Assembly (NCBI GenBank): GCA_964187785.1
Contig: OZ076412.1
Span: 38,750,001 to 38,814,000, forward strand
Source of the DNA: Amphiscolops sp. MND2022
Lineage: Eukaryota
Direction: 5' to 3'
DNA: 64,000 nucleotides
How positions within the stretch are numbered: the first letter of the stretch is position 1; every line of letters starts with the position of its first letter. This document shows, one piece after another, positions 1 to 13,520 of the stretch. The notes under the pieces were generated by a model that worked only from the letters and a program-made list of their open reading frames with translations, made no database searches and had not been told where the DNA came from. The translations under genes and the position numbers were made by a program.

Positions 1-734
1 TAAAATGCCCTAAATGCCTTTTAGGTGACGTTTAATTGATAATTAAGCCCCCTGTGAAATGTGAGCCCTGTTGTAAAGAATAAATGCAGCATTTATTTCC
101 ACTCAAATTTTGTCAGCGCATTTCATTTTAGAATGCCCTGGGTTCCACACCCCGGGTTCTATTTGAAATTACTTCATAGAGTGCGGCTTATGTTTAATTT
201 TTATAATGTTCGCTAACAAAATAGGGGCATAAGTGTTTCATATATGAGCTTCAAGTGTTTTATATTTGAGCTTCAAACAATGCTGACAGGCAGGCAGTGC
301 GAATCTATTAGCCGCTGTGCCTAAAAACAATCACCCAAGTATTTTTTTGAATGATTACAAATTTTGCTGCCGATTGTTCAAACACTTTTTGTACAGCCCG
401 CTTAATGCTTAAAAAGTGCTAAGTCACGGTAGCGGGACAAAACAGACTATTTAAAAACAGTACAAAATCGCCGATTGGTAAAAACAAAAATCGCCGGTTT
501 TGTCAATGCGTGAGATTAGCAGTCAATAAAATTATTATTGTAACGTAGTCAGCTATGTTCACATACCCCCAGTGCCCTAAATGCAGGGGCGAAGCGAAGC
601 GGAGCGACGTCCCATATGGCCATGCCTCAATGTTGCTACTTGGCGAAGGGAGCGAAGCGACCGAGCCATACAACAAATATGCTTACCTCTTCAAAAAAAT
701 CAAGTTCCATGCATATTGGCTGTAACAGCACTCA

Positions 735-847
735 TTTTGTTCCGTTTTGAAAATCGGCTATTTTGTCCCGTTTTGAAAATCGGCTGTTTTGTCTCGTTTT
801 GAAAATCGGTTGTTTTGTCTCGTTTCAAAATCCGCTGTTTTGTCCCG
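735..847. repeat. 26-bp tandem repeat, about 4.4 copies
   Basis: Unit ttttgtcccgttttgaaaatcggctg starts at 735, 761, 787 and 813, plus a partial copy. Confidence 0.9.
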
Positions 848-1045
848 CATCCCTAAGTCACATAAATGTGCTATGGCTTATAGGAAATTCTTGAAAATGG
901 GCGTGCCCTTTGTGCCCGAAATTCTTTCTAATTGGAAACTCAAATTAAAAAGCGAAAATTGGTGAAAAAGTTTAACCAAAAGTCGCTCAATACCAAAAAA
1001 CCCAAAATGAGACCGTTTTTCCTGTTGCATATATGACGATTTTTG

Positions 1046-1116
1046 GTCCTGTGTGGTGTTCGAACCGAGGACTTAGTGCTTGCAAAGCACGCATCCTAAC
1101 TACTATGCCAAGTGGC
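1046..1116 (-). pseudogene. tRNA-Ala(TGC)-like sequence (pseudogene or SINE head)
   Basis: Minus strand shows a D-arm gcat...atgc, anticodon arm cgtgc-TTTGCAA-gcact and B-box GGTTCGAAC. Acceptor and T stems pair poorly. Confidence 0.5.
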
Positions 1117-1274
1117 AGGAGGTTGCAACACATGTCTGTTCAAAAAATGGACAGTTCAGTGTGATGTATGTGGTCTGAGAAAAACTTACACAAAGCGTCG
1201 ACTAAAAACAGTTTTCTGGCTATCACTGCTCTGTACTTATATATCGTTGAGCAACTGCCATTCTAACCACCGTG

Positions 1275-1874
1275 TTTAGTCGGCGCTTTTCTAGGGAAAA
1301 GTGCCCGACTCTTACAGTGGCTAGTTTTTTTTCTTTTTTTTTCGTCAGACCACAGACCTCATCGCGTATGTACCACTTTTTACAGACTTCACTCTCGCTC
1401 ACATGTACTCGTCAGTACTCGGTTTACGGTGAACCCAGCGGTCACGGGTTCGAGTCCTTGCTTTAGCCAGAAACTTTTTCGAGCAATTTTTTTCGGCACT
1501 GTGCGACTCTTTAAATTTTTTTCGGCACTGTGCGACTTTTTTTCGAAATTTTTTTTGTCGCCAAAGGGTCCCCCTTCAAGTTTTTTGATATTTTGCAGCA
1601 AACTGAAGTTTCAAAAAGCCCAAAGGGTCCCCCTTTCTAGTTTTTCGGCACTATGAGACTGTTTCAAAAATCTCATTTTTCGTTTTTTTCGAAAATTTTC
1701 CCAAAAAAAAATATATTTTTTAAATGTCTCCAAAGGGTCCCCCTCAACTTTTTTGATATTTTGCAACAGACTGGATTTTCAAAAAGTCGAAAGGGTCCCC
1801 CCTTTAACAAATTTTTTTAATGCGCTTTTTTGAGCCTTAGATATAGCGCCGACTTTAGACGTTCCCGTCTTGTT
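1275..1874. mobile_element. Non-autonomous interspersed repeat, HINE/DINE-1-like (Helentron-associated)
   Basis: AGTCGGCGC near one end, followed by the hairpin agtcgg...ttttc-tagg-gaaaa...ccgact. Inverted copy GCGCCGACT near the other end, which finishes CCCGTCTTGTT. The same ends recur several times in the window. Confidence 0.6.
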
Positions 1875-4800
1875 TTTCTGAAGCATTACGTTTTGATCAT
1901 CCGTGTTTTGTCTTTGAGAGGGTTTTTAGGGTACTAACTTTCTCCAGAGTTCCCTGCAATGTACGATTTCATGTTTCCTCAATTGTGTCAATTTGTTGAA
2001 GAACAAATTTGTTGACACGATAATAGCAGGCAACTAGGATGAAAATAAACTTTAGTTGATATAAACTGAGAACCGCTGATAACACAAGCAGTCATAGTTT
2101 TTAATGTCTTGAGTATTGCTCAATAAGACTTTTCCTTACTGACGAATTCTGTGTGTACAGGTCCTTTTTAGTGTTCTTGCAGCACTGATAAGAAATTCCT
2201 TTGAAATAAACTTCTTTCACTTTCATCATAGATTGTCACATGCATTCATTATTTTATTTAAACCTCAAATGAAGCTTCATCGAATACCCGTTGCTTTCGA
2301 AATCAAGGTTGCATCTGATGTAACAAAATATCAGCGTCATATTCGCGCTCTAGTTTAATGTTTAAGGTGTGCGTCAAAGGGAGTTTTGACACTACTAGTT
2401 GGCGAATTAGTGGCCGCGCAGGATTTTTTACTTTTTAAAACATACTCGAAGTCAAACATTGAATAGTATAATAAAACGTCAGCTAAAAATTTTTAAAATT
2501 TTGAAATTAGGGATTCAGCGATTGGCGAAAAAAGTTTTCGCGAGATGTCAAAACCGTGGCGTCAAAGCAAGCTTAATCGTTTGCATGCTCATAATGTTGC
2601 GCAAAACTATTGCAACGGATAATGTGGTGCAGACTCTCTAGCAGAATCAAGTTGAATCTGAACAAACGATCATCTTTTCCGATTTGGAAACTATATTCGA
2701 AAACTGCAACGCTTGTTTTAGAGCAACGAAAAGAACTATTTAGAAAAAATGTTAAGTTGGTTGAAGTCTGGGTTACATATCAAAATCTTCTAGACCAAAC
2801 TCTACTAGAATAAAATCTAAAAATGAGTCAAAACGTTGATTGTTTGACTCGGTTTCCCCCTTCCGGGGCACTTGGCGCCCCTCCAGGTCGGCTTTCATCG
2901 AAGCAATTCTCATGAAAAGTAGTGGCACCTCGCTCCGCTTCGCTCCCGCTTTTAGGGCGCTATCGGTAGGCGGACGTAGCTAGTCAAAATTCTCTAATTT
3001 AAAATTTTTGTCTGGACGATTTCAACTTAGATTTTTAACATAGGAGATTTTGACTTGAATGATTTTAGCTTGATGCCGAATTGTGCTGCGCCATTTTGTG
3101 CAAGCTAGATTTTGAGAATAATTCATTTTCAACTTGTAATGGGGATCAAGAGGAAACCCATTGGCTCTAGGAAATCTAGAGTTCTAATTCCATTTCGAGC
3201 AGCCTCCCTTTAAAGTTTTGGACATGGGGCGTGGAGCTATAGGGGGCGTCGAGCTAAGGTCTGTATTATCTTTAATGACAATACCTTCGTCATCCCCGTA
3301 AGTACTTCGAAAAGCTATCGACAGACGCGAATGAATCCCATCAAAATGAATCTCATACTTTCACCAGATGCATGGTAAAGGGTGTTCTTTTCGTGGGAAG
3401 AAACCAGAGATGACAATATATCTGAAAACGTTGAAAAGTTTAACTTTCGTTAGGAAAAATGTTTTCTCGTTGGCATTTGCAATCATATATACTTTTGAGT
3501 TCAGTAGTATAGCGTGCTAAATTTTCAAGACTAAATAAGACGCATACGTCCCCTAATACACATTAATGTTGCGTTTTCGCAATTCCACTTCAAAAGTTGT
3601 TAAAAGATGTGTTGCCAACAAAATGTTAATGGAAACTTTTTCGAGTTAGTTTCCAAAAAAGGAATGCATTTCGGCTTAGACAGAAACAGAAATTGACTGA
3701 TAAAGTACAATCGCCTAAAACTGATATGGCCTAATTTTTCCGTTTTGTGGCTCCGGAATAATTTTAATGTTTTTTCTCTGACTCATGCGTTTATACCTTC
3801 CATCTGGGTCAACAGCTTTTAACTCATATAAGAGTCTTATATACCTTCAAAGATAACTTGAAAGCTTTTTATTTGCATCATATTGGCTATTGTTTGCTTT
3901 GTTTTTTCCTTCATCTTGCCTTTCATTTTCATACTGGAAACGGGTCTACTATCGTGTGAAGCCACCACTTAAAACGCTTTGTAATTTAGTCTAGCTAAAA
4001 AAGACCGGACCGGATGGTCTTAAGATTGTTAACAATGCGCAGGGGTAGGTGTAAAAACGTTTGGTGAATCTCGCTGTGCAGAACGTATCCGAAAGATTAC
4101 CCTTCACGCTCGAAAAACGCTTTTCCATAGCTTGGAATATCAAAAGACCTGAAAATGACATATTTTTCAAATTTCAATTCGCACGCTAACCACTGTGTTC
4201 GTTAAGTTTCGATATGAATGTATTCATAAGGTGGAAAGTTCAGTGAGAGAATAAATTAGTCACTAGTAGACCTTTTTTTTCAATGCTGCCGACTAAAAAC
4301 AGCATTAACTGTTTATCAAAAACGATTTTTAAGCCTATTTACTCAGAAGGCATTAAAAGTGCGGCCAGCATTAAGCACTTAAGGGCAACTTGAATTGGGC
4401 CGCGTATTTTATGGCCTCTTTATAAATTTCTGTGTTTTCTCTTGAAGAAACCAGCCCGAAGAAACAAGCCCATTGAAGTTCAGTATAATAAGTGCTGGCT
4501 GGCACAATGAAATTGTTTCAAAAGGTGCGCTGATTTTATGCTTTTCAACCGCTTTATGACTTGCAAACGTAAAAGCAGCAGCTAGCTTTTCGATGGTATG
4601 TTCGGACAATAGAAAGCGAAACAACTCGAGACCATGTCATATTGCGTTGTGCAGAGCCGGTCTCAGCAAAACCAGTATATAGGAGCATTTACTTTGTGGG
4701 GTATTTAATTACAGACCAATGGAGCCTTAATTTATGGTATTCGATATTGCCAGTCGTCGACGTCTTGTTCCTTAAGAGTTACGAAGACCTCTGTGTTTTC

Positions 4801-7800
4801 ACGTTTCATTACACTTGATGTCATTGAGCAAGTTGGTTGGTTTTGGTTTTTGTTGACGTCTTTACTACTACGTGCAGTCACTACATTTTTTCAATGGTAT
4901 GAAATGGTATATATGCTTACCACGAGATGATGTGTCGGTCTAAGCAATGCGTTTTTGACTGGTGATGACGTTTTTCTGCTGGTTCAGTTCGTCTTGAATG
5001 TACTTACTTGTATATAATAAACTCACTGATAAATATAATTCATCTAAACGCTCTCGCACCAGCATTGAGACATCGCATTATTCATTCATAAATACCGTCA
5101 ACTTGAATGTTATGTTTTTTCTAATATTTTCCTACTAATATAATAATTCCAGACGAATGGTTTCAGACAAAATTGCTTTTTGGTTCCAATCTTCGTTTTC
5201 GAATTTCATTTGTTTGACCTCTTTCATGCTTTACCTTGTATGTGTTTCATTAATGGAAATATTAAATTTGCAATCCATTCTGCACTAATACCGTGCCTAT
5301 GATTGTCCAATACCTTGCCTCTTTATTCTAATGCAACCAAGCCGGCAAAAATATTCGCAGCATTTGGCGAAGTGCTTTGAATTCATGGATCTCATTTCAA
5401 TGTTGTACACTGATTCATTCCTGTTTGACCAACTGTGTTTACCGTGGGTTACAGTGTTTAACCATTCATTCGAGAATCAATCGAAAGCATGACCTTTTAA
5501 GGCATCTCTAGTGAGCCTTTGTTTACTAACAAAATCCTAAAATAGTTTCTTCGTCATCGTATACGACGTGTTAATTAAGTCACAGGTCCCAGCTTCTCGA
5601 TCAGGGGTCAAGTCGAGTTTCCTTTTTTTGTGTATGTGTAACCCATAAATTCCACTAGTGAATGCCACCAAAGATTAATTGTTTCTTTTAATGAAAGTAC
5701 ACTTATATACAAGTTCAAGAGCATCATTATTTATCAATTATAACACCACATTGTACCAATAAGTACCAACCTGGCCTGTTATGAGCTTGGTTGACAACTT
5801 TCGGTGTCTTCATAAATGATATAAAAGCTGGTTTTAGTATTGTCTCGGTGAAAGGTCCTAATTGATTGATGACAGTTACCGTTATTTGGATACCTTTTGT
5901 GACTGACCGAAACAGTTTTCTGGAATTTACTGCGAACTGATCCATTACAATTTCATACTTGACTATCATTGATTGGCTTCAGATTTTTGCCTTAATTCAT
6001 AATTGTCGTAATACTACTATTGCTCTTTGATTGCCTGCTTGATTAGTACTTAATTACCAAAATGAAGAGTGCCTCTGCGAGTGACATCACCAATCTGATG
6101 TCCAACTCAGAAACATTTCTAGTTTCGTCCAAAACAATCGCTTACCAAGAGGAACACAACCAAGAAGTTCTATGCAATGACATCTTAGTGCCCCACTCGA
6201 AAAAGTTGTCTGCTTCATCACCTATGACGTCATCAGCAAGCAACCAATCCTATTGGTTATCATCTTTAACCTCTATGTTGCATTCCGCTTTTTCTGTAGT
6301 GACGTGCAAAACCTGCTCGGCTGATTTGAAAACCCATTCCACTGCTTCTAGTAGGAAAAACTCAACGACTGTTAACTCTGGGTCGATTTATCGACAAGAA
6401 CACGGTCAAATGAAGGGCTCCAACTCCGAACCGAAATGGGCAATATTCAAAATATCTTCGTTAGTTTTCATTTATTTCAACGTTTTATTTTGATCCTGTA
6501 TATAGCACTAAGTGTAACCAGGCAACCAACATTAACTATTCATTTTAAAATGCTTTTGATTTTGACGTCATGTGAATCAGTCGCTTCGTTCTTTGAATAA
6601 TTTTTATATTGAAACGGTCTTAACTAATAATTTAACATCATGAAATCTCGTCATTTCTTGTTCCTCGCTGGGGCGAATCAGCTGTTTTTCAATTCCTTTA
6701 GTTGGCGCATTTTGAAAAAAAGCAGATTTTCGCGTTTTGCTTTAAGTACCAATTTGAATTTTGACAATTTCAATAAATCATTCTCAATATTTTTTGCTCA
6801 ATTTCTTCGGTGTTGGTTCCAGTCGAAAAGTAATACATTTAGATTGATTTAAATAGAGCCTAATTCTGGAATGATTCATTTTCGAGAAAAATTCTTGATC
6901 GAATGTTGAGATTAGTGTCATCTGAACGAGTTCAAAAATAGTTTTTCTCGAAGTTGTTCAGTTCAATTCAATTCCTTTCAAAGCAAGTTTAATCAAGAGA
7001 TGCAATTTAGTGAAACCGTTTTTCTCAATATTGCTTCCTTTTGTGATGGAAGTTTTTCGATTCGCTTTCTTTCAGGCTAACGACCTTTTTGTTGTAAGTC
7101 AAAAATTTCGAATAGAAATTGTTTTATAAATTGTGAAGAAAACATTTCCCTTTCTTCGACAAATCTCCCTATAGAAACAAAATTCCTTATAGTAAGCTCG
7201 GCGCTATGTTTGCAGCCAAGTGATCCAGCAATGGTCTGCTTAAAGCTGCGGCTTCAAAGTGACTTGCTCAACGTCACAAAGATTTGAATGCTCACTGATG
7301 CTCTTTGTTTTTGCTTTTCTCCACCAAATGCGTCAATTTTTGTCTTGACCATACCATTAAGCTAACTATGAATGAGTTGCTCAAGGCTCAACTATGGCGA
7401 GTTGAGAGATTCGAACATGATTTTACCCCAGTATATACCGAATGCTCTAACCCTTGCATCATGCTCCTTACCCGAAGGGTTTCCTGTTTGTTCTTCAATG
7501 CTTCCCAAAACCAAAAAGGTCTTTTGAGACTGACGTATCCCTTGTGAAAGTTTTCGGCACTGTGACATTCCAGAAATTTTCTCAAAACAGTCCTTAGTGT
7601 ATTCAGAAAACTTCGAGCTCCTCGAACTGCTATTGGAATTTCTGTTTCCAGCTTGTTCATTGCTACCTAATGCCGTTACTGTTAGTTCATAGATATGTTT
7701 GATCAACTTCAAATCTTATCAATTGACCCAGATTGTCCTCCTAATGTGTCGATAAATCGCTCAAATACGTTTTTGATAGTAAAAAACGTATAAGGAACTA

Positions 7801-10069
7801 ATGGTATGCAAAAGAATAATTGGGACTTAAAATGAGCCGCCAACTGACGAAAGAAATAGACCATCTTAGTGTGTTCAAGTTTCTGTTGAACAGAAATTAT
7901 CACAAGGCATTTTCGCTTTTTCGATTCAGTTTATGTTCACTTAAAAGCCTGTGTAAATTATGTTGCGGTGACTTGTCTTCATATATAAACCCTAACTCAA
8001 CCATTCAACGGGACATCACGGTTGATAAATTGGTTATCGTTATCCTTTTGAAGTTTCGGATGCTTGTTATGTATCTTGAGAACCGTTCCTGCTTGAAAGA
8101 TAAAAGGTTTCTCAACGCAGTATCGGAGTTCGGAATGAAGTACAAAATAAGGACGTTTATCTCAGGGTAATGGGTATCCAGATCTTGTGGACTTTCCTTT
8201 TCTTTCAGATCTTGTGGAAACAAAACTAGTGCAACTTCTGCTGCGACAAGCCCAGTTTCACCAAGTGTTCCAACAAAGCTTCAATGACAATGACCTAAAG
8301 AGCCAAATAACTTTAATAGTCTAGCGATTTTAGTTAATTAAAAGCGCCGAGTAAAATTACCACCTTTTTGCCTTCTTGGGGTCGGCAAAGAACTTAACGA
8401 TTTCGGGGCGACGCCGAAAAATATACCCATGTGCGTCTTATGCAGATTAATTCAACGTTAAATGTCACCGAAAGCAAGCCATTCAAGAAATCGCCCATCC
8501 GATAAGACTTTGGTTCTCTTGATAACAGAAGATTCACATTCACAACAAAGCTCTGAATTTGGAACTGTATGCATGAAACGTCTCAAAGCAAGTTTTTGAT
8601 GGAAAGCTATTTCTTGATCTTTGTGATTGGATGTCATTTTTCAAAGTTTTTGGAGCGGTACTTCGACCAGTTGCTGGAATCGACTGGTTTATTTGCTTCA
8701 TTATTATACTCTTAAGTTAATTAATCTTTTTGATGTTTTTGAATGTCGCTTGTTGTAGAATACGATACGTTGATCGTTTTAGCTCTTGGTAAACAGAATC
8801 ATATGTTTCTGACGTTTTTGCAAGTGACGTTATATACGTCTTGATATTTTTGCGTCATATTTTATTCCAAAAAGATTTTAGCTTATCAACTCGTATGCAT
8901 CATCCTTGCATTCAACTTTTTCCTTTAGGATAATAGTTTGTGCTGTATTTGAGCGATGCCTCGATTTGATCCTTTTTGACCAGAAAAATTCTACAAATTG
9001 GCAAATTGATTTAAAAGTGTCCTCTCGTTAATATTTTGACATTTATCCGGATTAAAAAGAGATCTGAGGTTCACTTTCAGCACTGTGCGGCTTTTCTATC
9101 GAAAATTGCCCAAATGGTCCCCTTTGTTTGTTTTGACATTTTATTTGGAAAAAAGCCATTGAGTTTTTCTGGCACTGTAAGGTTCGCGAAATTTTCAAAT
9201 ACGATTCTATCGTTCGTCTATACGCGTATATACGGTAAATTTCACCCTGCCCAATGCTGACTCGCTATGATGCTTGGTCGCCATTTTTTCCAAAGACCAA
9301 CACCACTTTAGGGGCCTCAGGTGCCATGTTGTACCCTCAGGGGAATTTTTAAACTACCTGGTACCTGGCTGCCGAAAGTTTTCATGAAAAAATTCAGCTG
9401 TTTTTTCCCGGATGAAATGAGATAAGAAACCCAATACTCATTTTGATACTGATACTTCTCAGTTTTTCACTACTCACTGGCTGCTTTTTGTAAGACGAAT
9501 TTCGAATACAATTCAATTGACATGTTTTGCATTGCACATTCGCGCGATTTTAGTATTTCAGCGGCCTAAACTTCAAGTATAATGTTCCAAAAACTATCGA
9601 GGCAATTAAAGCAAATAAGATGGCTTCAATAGTGTATTGTACGGAATATAGAACATGTATTGATTAGCCATGTATTCTCGAACTCGTTTTCCTGTCCGGT
9701 ATACGTGCATTTTCTCTTGAATCAGGTATTCTCCGATACCTATGTCCAAAATATTCGAAGAAAAAGGTTCAAAATCTTTATACGATCGAGATAAATCGAG
9801 TATAAACTTTTAATATTTCTTTCCATTTGAAACGAAATTTTACAGTTTCCGGCGAAGTTCCGATTCGACGATTTGCTCATCGCAGCCCAAATAGGCTGAA
9901 AAGCCTATCGACACTTCCCAAAGATGCGGGACAAGAAAGAATACTCAGTGCACATTGTTTTAGTACTTAGGCGGCAAAAGATTGAATTTGAATAGCAGTT
10001 TCGATTTCATCCTCTATTTCGATAGTTCTTGAAAAATTCCAATGCTTTTTGAACTATTGAGACTTCGAT

Positions 10070-12330
10070 CAAAAAAACTCCAGAGAATACTGGTCGGTAA
10101 TAGGAAGTTTGAAAAGCAAAAGTCGCCTTCCACAATTAGATATCAAAACTTTTTCTGAACACTTTCATCATTTGAATTTGCTATCGTCGAACTTTTGTCT
10201 TGATGAAGTAGATTTCACCGAAGGGAGCATCAATGTTGAATTGAATAGAAATTTTAGTTATGAAGAAGTAAGAGAATCTCTGCAGAATATTAAATGCGGG
10301 ATATCAGCTGGTTAACACAGTATTTACCTTGAATATCTGAAATATGTCCCTCGGTCCCTCGTTGAAGTACTTAATAGTTTTTTCAACCTTGTTTCAAGTA
10401 CAAGAATCGTCCCCGATGATTCAGCTCTGTCAACCATATGTCCAATTCATAAGAAGGGAACAATGGCCGACCCTTATAATTATCGCGGAATTTCGTTGAT
10501 TAATTGCATTGGAAAAGTTTTCTCGTCAATTATAAGTACCAGGATCGAACACTATTTAGATTTAATGAACAAAATTGATACGGAACAGGCTGGCTTTAGA
10601 AAAGGATACGGATGTGAGGACCATACGTTTTCCTTGACTAAAATTCTATCATTGTATCTGGCAAATGGCAAACGAGTGTACGTCACCTTTCTTGATTATG
10701 GAGAAGCATTCGATTGAGTTCATCGAGCACTTCTTTTGAAGTTACAGGATCATCATATCAATGAGAAAATTTTCAATGTCATACGTTGTCTCTACTCAAA
10801 AACAAAAGCTTGTGTCAAAGTGGGCAACTTATTCTAGTTTTTTTTTCAAATGTGAGGTTGGTGTTGGGCAGGGTGATAATTTATCACCACTATTGTTCAC
10901 AATTTTTGTAAATGACTTGAAAGCCTACTTGAAAAATCAATTGTAAAGGATTGAGTTACCTATCGATTTCAATGAACAGCAACCTGGATGTCGACGAGGA
11001 GGAAATTTGCACTTCTGTATGCGTATGATACCATTGTTTTACAGAAAGCGAAGAGGACATGCAAAAAGCTTTAAATGCTGCATATCAGTATTGCAGTAAT
11101 TTTAACATTCGAATAAACTGCTCCAAAACAAAATATATGATCTTCTCCCGGGGAAAAAATTCGTAAATCATCAGTGATGTTTACAAACAACAGTCCGATG
11201 GAAAGAGTTAAGTTTTAGCTATTCAGGGGTAATTTTCACGTACAACAATACCTTTCAGCTAACGATAAGCCGGGAACGGCCCAAGTCGGCGCCATATCTA
11301 ACGCTCAAAAATAGCAAAAGGACTTCAAAGTTCAAAATTTTCTCTTTTTTCCCCTCTTATTTTTCTCCAATTTTCCCGAAATTCGATTTTTTTTCGACTT
11401 TTTTTTGGCCTTTCGGTAAGTCGCATAGTACCGAAAAATGTAAAAGGGGGGCCTTTGGGACTTTTTGAACATTCATTCTTTTGCAAAATAGAGAAAAATT
11501 GAAGGGGAACCCTTTGGAGACATTTAAAAAGTTTGCGGAAAAGTCTCACAAAGCCGAAATAACCTGCAAAATTTTAGGTCAAGGGTGAGACTCGAACCCA
11601 CGTCCTTCTGCTTGGTAGAGCTCAAAAAAACAAGCAGAAGGTACATAAGTGTGGCAGTTAGTGGAGGCCAGCTTTTAAAGCTTATAAAATCTGTCACGTC
11701 GTTGGTCCTAAAGTCGCTAATATGGAAAAGCGCTAACCAAAAAACGTTGACAATGCAAAGAAAGTAATTTCAAATTGACAGCTGAAACAAGTGGTCATGA
11801 ATTCGCAATAAAGATAAAATTACACTTGTTCGACTCAATATTGTACCGATTCTAACCTAGGGTTGCGAAATTTGGGGACTTGAACTTTTAGAACAGATTG
11901 TAATTTTCCACCGGAAGTTTTTGCGAACGCTTTTAAACGTTCGGAACAGTATTCCAAAGGCTGTGATTTACGGAGAATTATGCAGCAGTTAAATAAAATA
12001 TCATATTTGGCTCCGTATTCTCGGTTTTTGGAGAAGGTTGAGCGACCACAAAATCTCTAGTCCCAATTTTACAAGTACCTACGAAAAATTTCCCATCCGG
12101 GATAATAGTTGTCTTGTGATCGAATGCGGATTTCCCGGCGCTTATCCTTTTATCGAAAATGTTGATGAAGCTCGCTTTAAAGGCCAAGAACAAGCTGCAG
12201 GAGGAGTCAAGACAACTGTGAATCACATCAATGAAAAATTAATTACTCTGCAGAGTGTATGCTGCATATAAGTACAAATATCGAATCGAGCCATGTTTTT
12301 ACCCTGAAGACAAGACATAATTGAGTTGAG
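10070..12330 (+). pseudogene. Decayed non-LTR retrotransposon (LINE, APE-type clade) reverse transcriptase
   Basis: Fragments YRGISLINCIGKVFS, EQAGFRKG, VTFLDYGEAFD and GVGQGDNLSPLLFTIFVNDL, with stops and frameshifts. The C-terminal part resumes at about 11790 after an insertion. Confidence 0.85.
11261..11744. mobile_element. HINE-like repeat copy inserted into the LINE remnant
   Basis: Begins aagccgggaacggcccaagtcggcgccatatcta, matching the family end motif. Contains a tRNA B-box-like segment at about 11585-11605. Confidence 0.65.
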
Positions 12331-12901
12331 TATATTTCGATGTGCTGCTGACTATAGCAGAGGTCAGGGAAAACATTACAGGGGTAAGGGAGAGGCATTG
12401 TTCACTCGGTAATAATCAGGTGAATGCTGTTGAGGACCACTTTTTACTGGTTGTGCGCTGAGTTACCAGACCCACGTGCAATATACCTAAGAAACTGATA
12501 TCAGCAAAACCCCAGTCTGCTGAAACTTGATCAACTGATGAACTTGACAAGCACCGTAAAATTAACGCACCTCAGTATGTATTTTAAATTTGTCACCGAC
12601 TGTGTCCGCTGTAAACTTTAAAATTTGAGTTTTCTAAACCCTAACGGGGTAACAAATATGAAATATTCATTCATTTATTCATAGTTGGACAACTTTTGAT
12701 CGCGTATTCGTGTAAGGTATTTCCTTCGTCTTTTGCATGTATTCATAACAGGTACCAGATCTATATATGATTTGAATGAAGGAAATTTGGGCATAATATA
12801 GGTTAGATATAGTTTATAGTATCTGAAAACAAGCCGGGAACGGCATAAATCGGCGTTATGTCTAAGGCTCAAAAATAGCACCAGGACTTCAAAGTGTCAG
12901 G

Positions 12902-12948
12902 AGTAGTATACGTTGGTAGGGGTATTCGCACACTTTCGTTTCTCCCTA
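12902..12948 (+). repeat. Left terminal inverted repeat (47 bp)
   Basis: agtagtatacgttggtaggggtattcgcacactttcgtttctcccta is the exact reverse complement of 28324-28370. Confidence 0.97.
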
Positions 12949-13520
12949 CAGTTTAACATGGAGTTTTTGCAATTTTCTGCAAAAGGTAACCATATAAGGT
13001 AACAATTCTCAGCTAGGGCCACCTCTAAGTTGTGCGGGAGCGGGTAGAATCATTTAGATTAACAATTTGAACTGTATTCGCAATCTGATGATGTCTTTTT
13101 ACACTCTTAAAACTTATAACTGAACAGGCAGTGTAGCTCTAGTGCTTAAACCCGCTGCAGCGGGCTCGATGGTACCGTGATCGAGCCGCACCCTAAGCAC
13201 TAATCCTGCACTACCATTTTGATGGAAATCAACAATAAAATTGACCCTGAAAATTAAACACGCAGAGGTTAAAATACCAGATTTATTTTGACACTTCGCC
13301 ACGCTAATCAATAAATTTTTCCAGTCAAATCAGTTGTGCGTACCAAAAATATCGTGAGAAAGTTGCAATCAAGCCGGTGATTAATCTTTTCCAATTCAGA
13401 CGCTAATATGACTTTTTGATTTTTTCCCACCAAAAAGATGACATATCACAAATCGATTGAAAATAAAAACCGAGTCCGGAAGTTGAATTTCATTTCAACT
13501 GAAAACCTTGTCAGTACATC

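Noticed and set aside
7210-7305. MIR/L2-like motif gtgacttgctcaa(c/g)gtcaca shared with 63225-63305
   Set aside because: It is a real dispersed repeat, but a roughly 20-nt resemblance is too short to assign a family.
5200-9000. Minus-strand coding remnant (e.g. WLLADDVIG near 6220; YPEINVLILYFIPNSD near 8140)
   Set aside because: Frames contain multiple stops and no diagnostic motif set could be assembled. A tBLASTx or HMM search is needed.
13130-13212. 5S rRNA, tRNA or hammerhead ribozyme
   Set aside because: No 5S consensus, no TTCGA T-loop, and no CTGATGA/GAAA core inside the fold.
12949-13500. Long (hundreds of bp) TIR continuing inward
   Set aside because: Comparison with the reverse complement of 27600-28323 shows only weak T/A-rich similarity after base 47.
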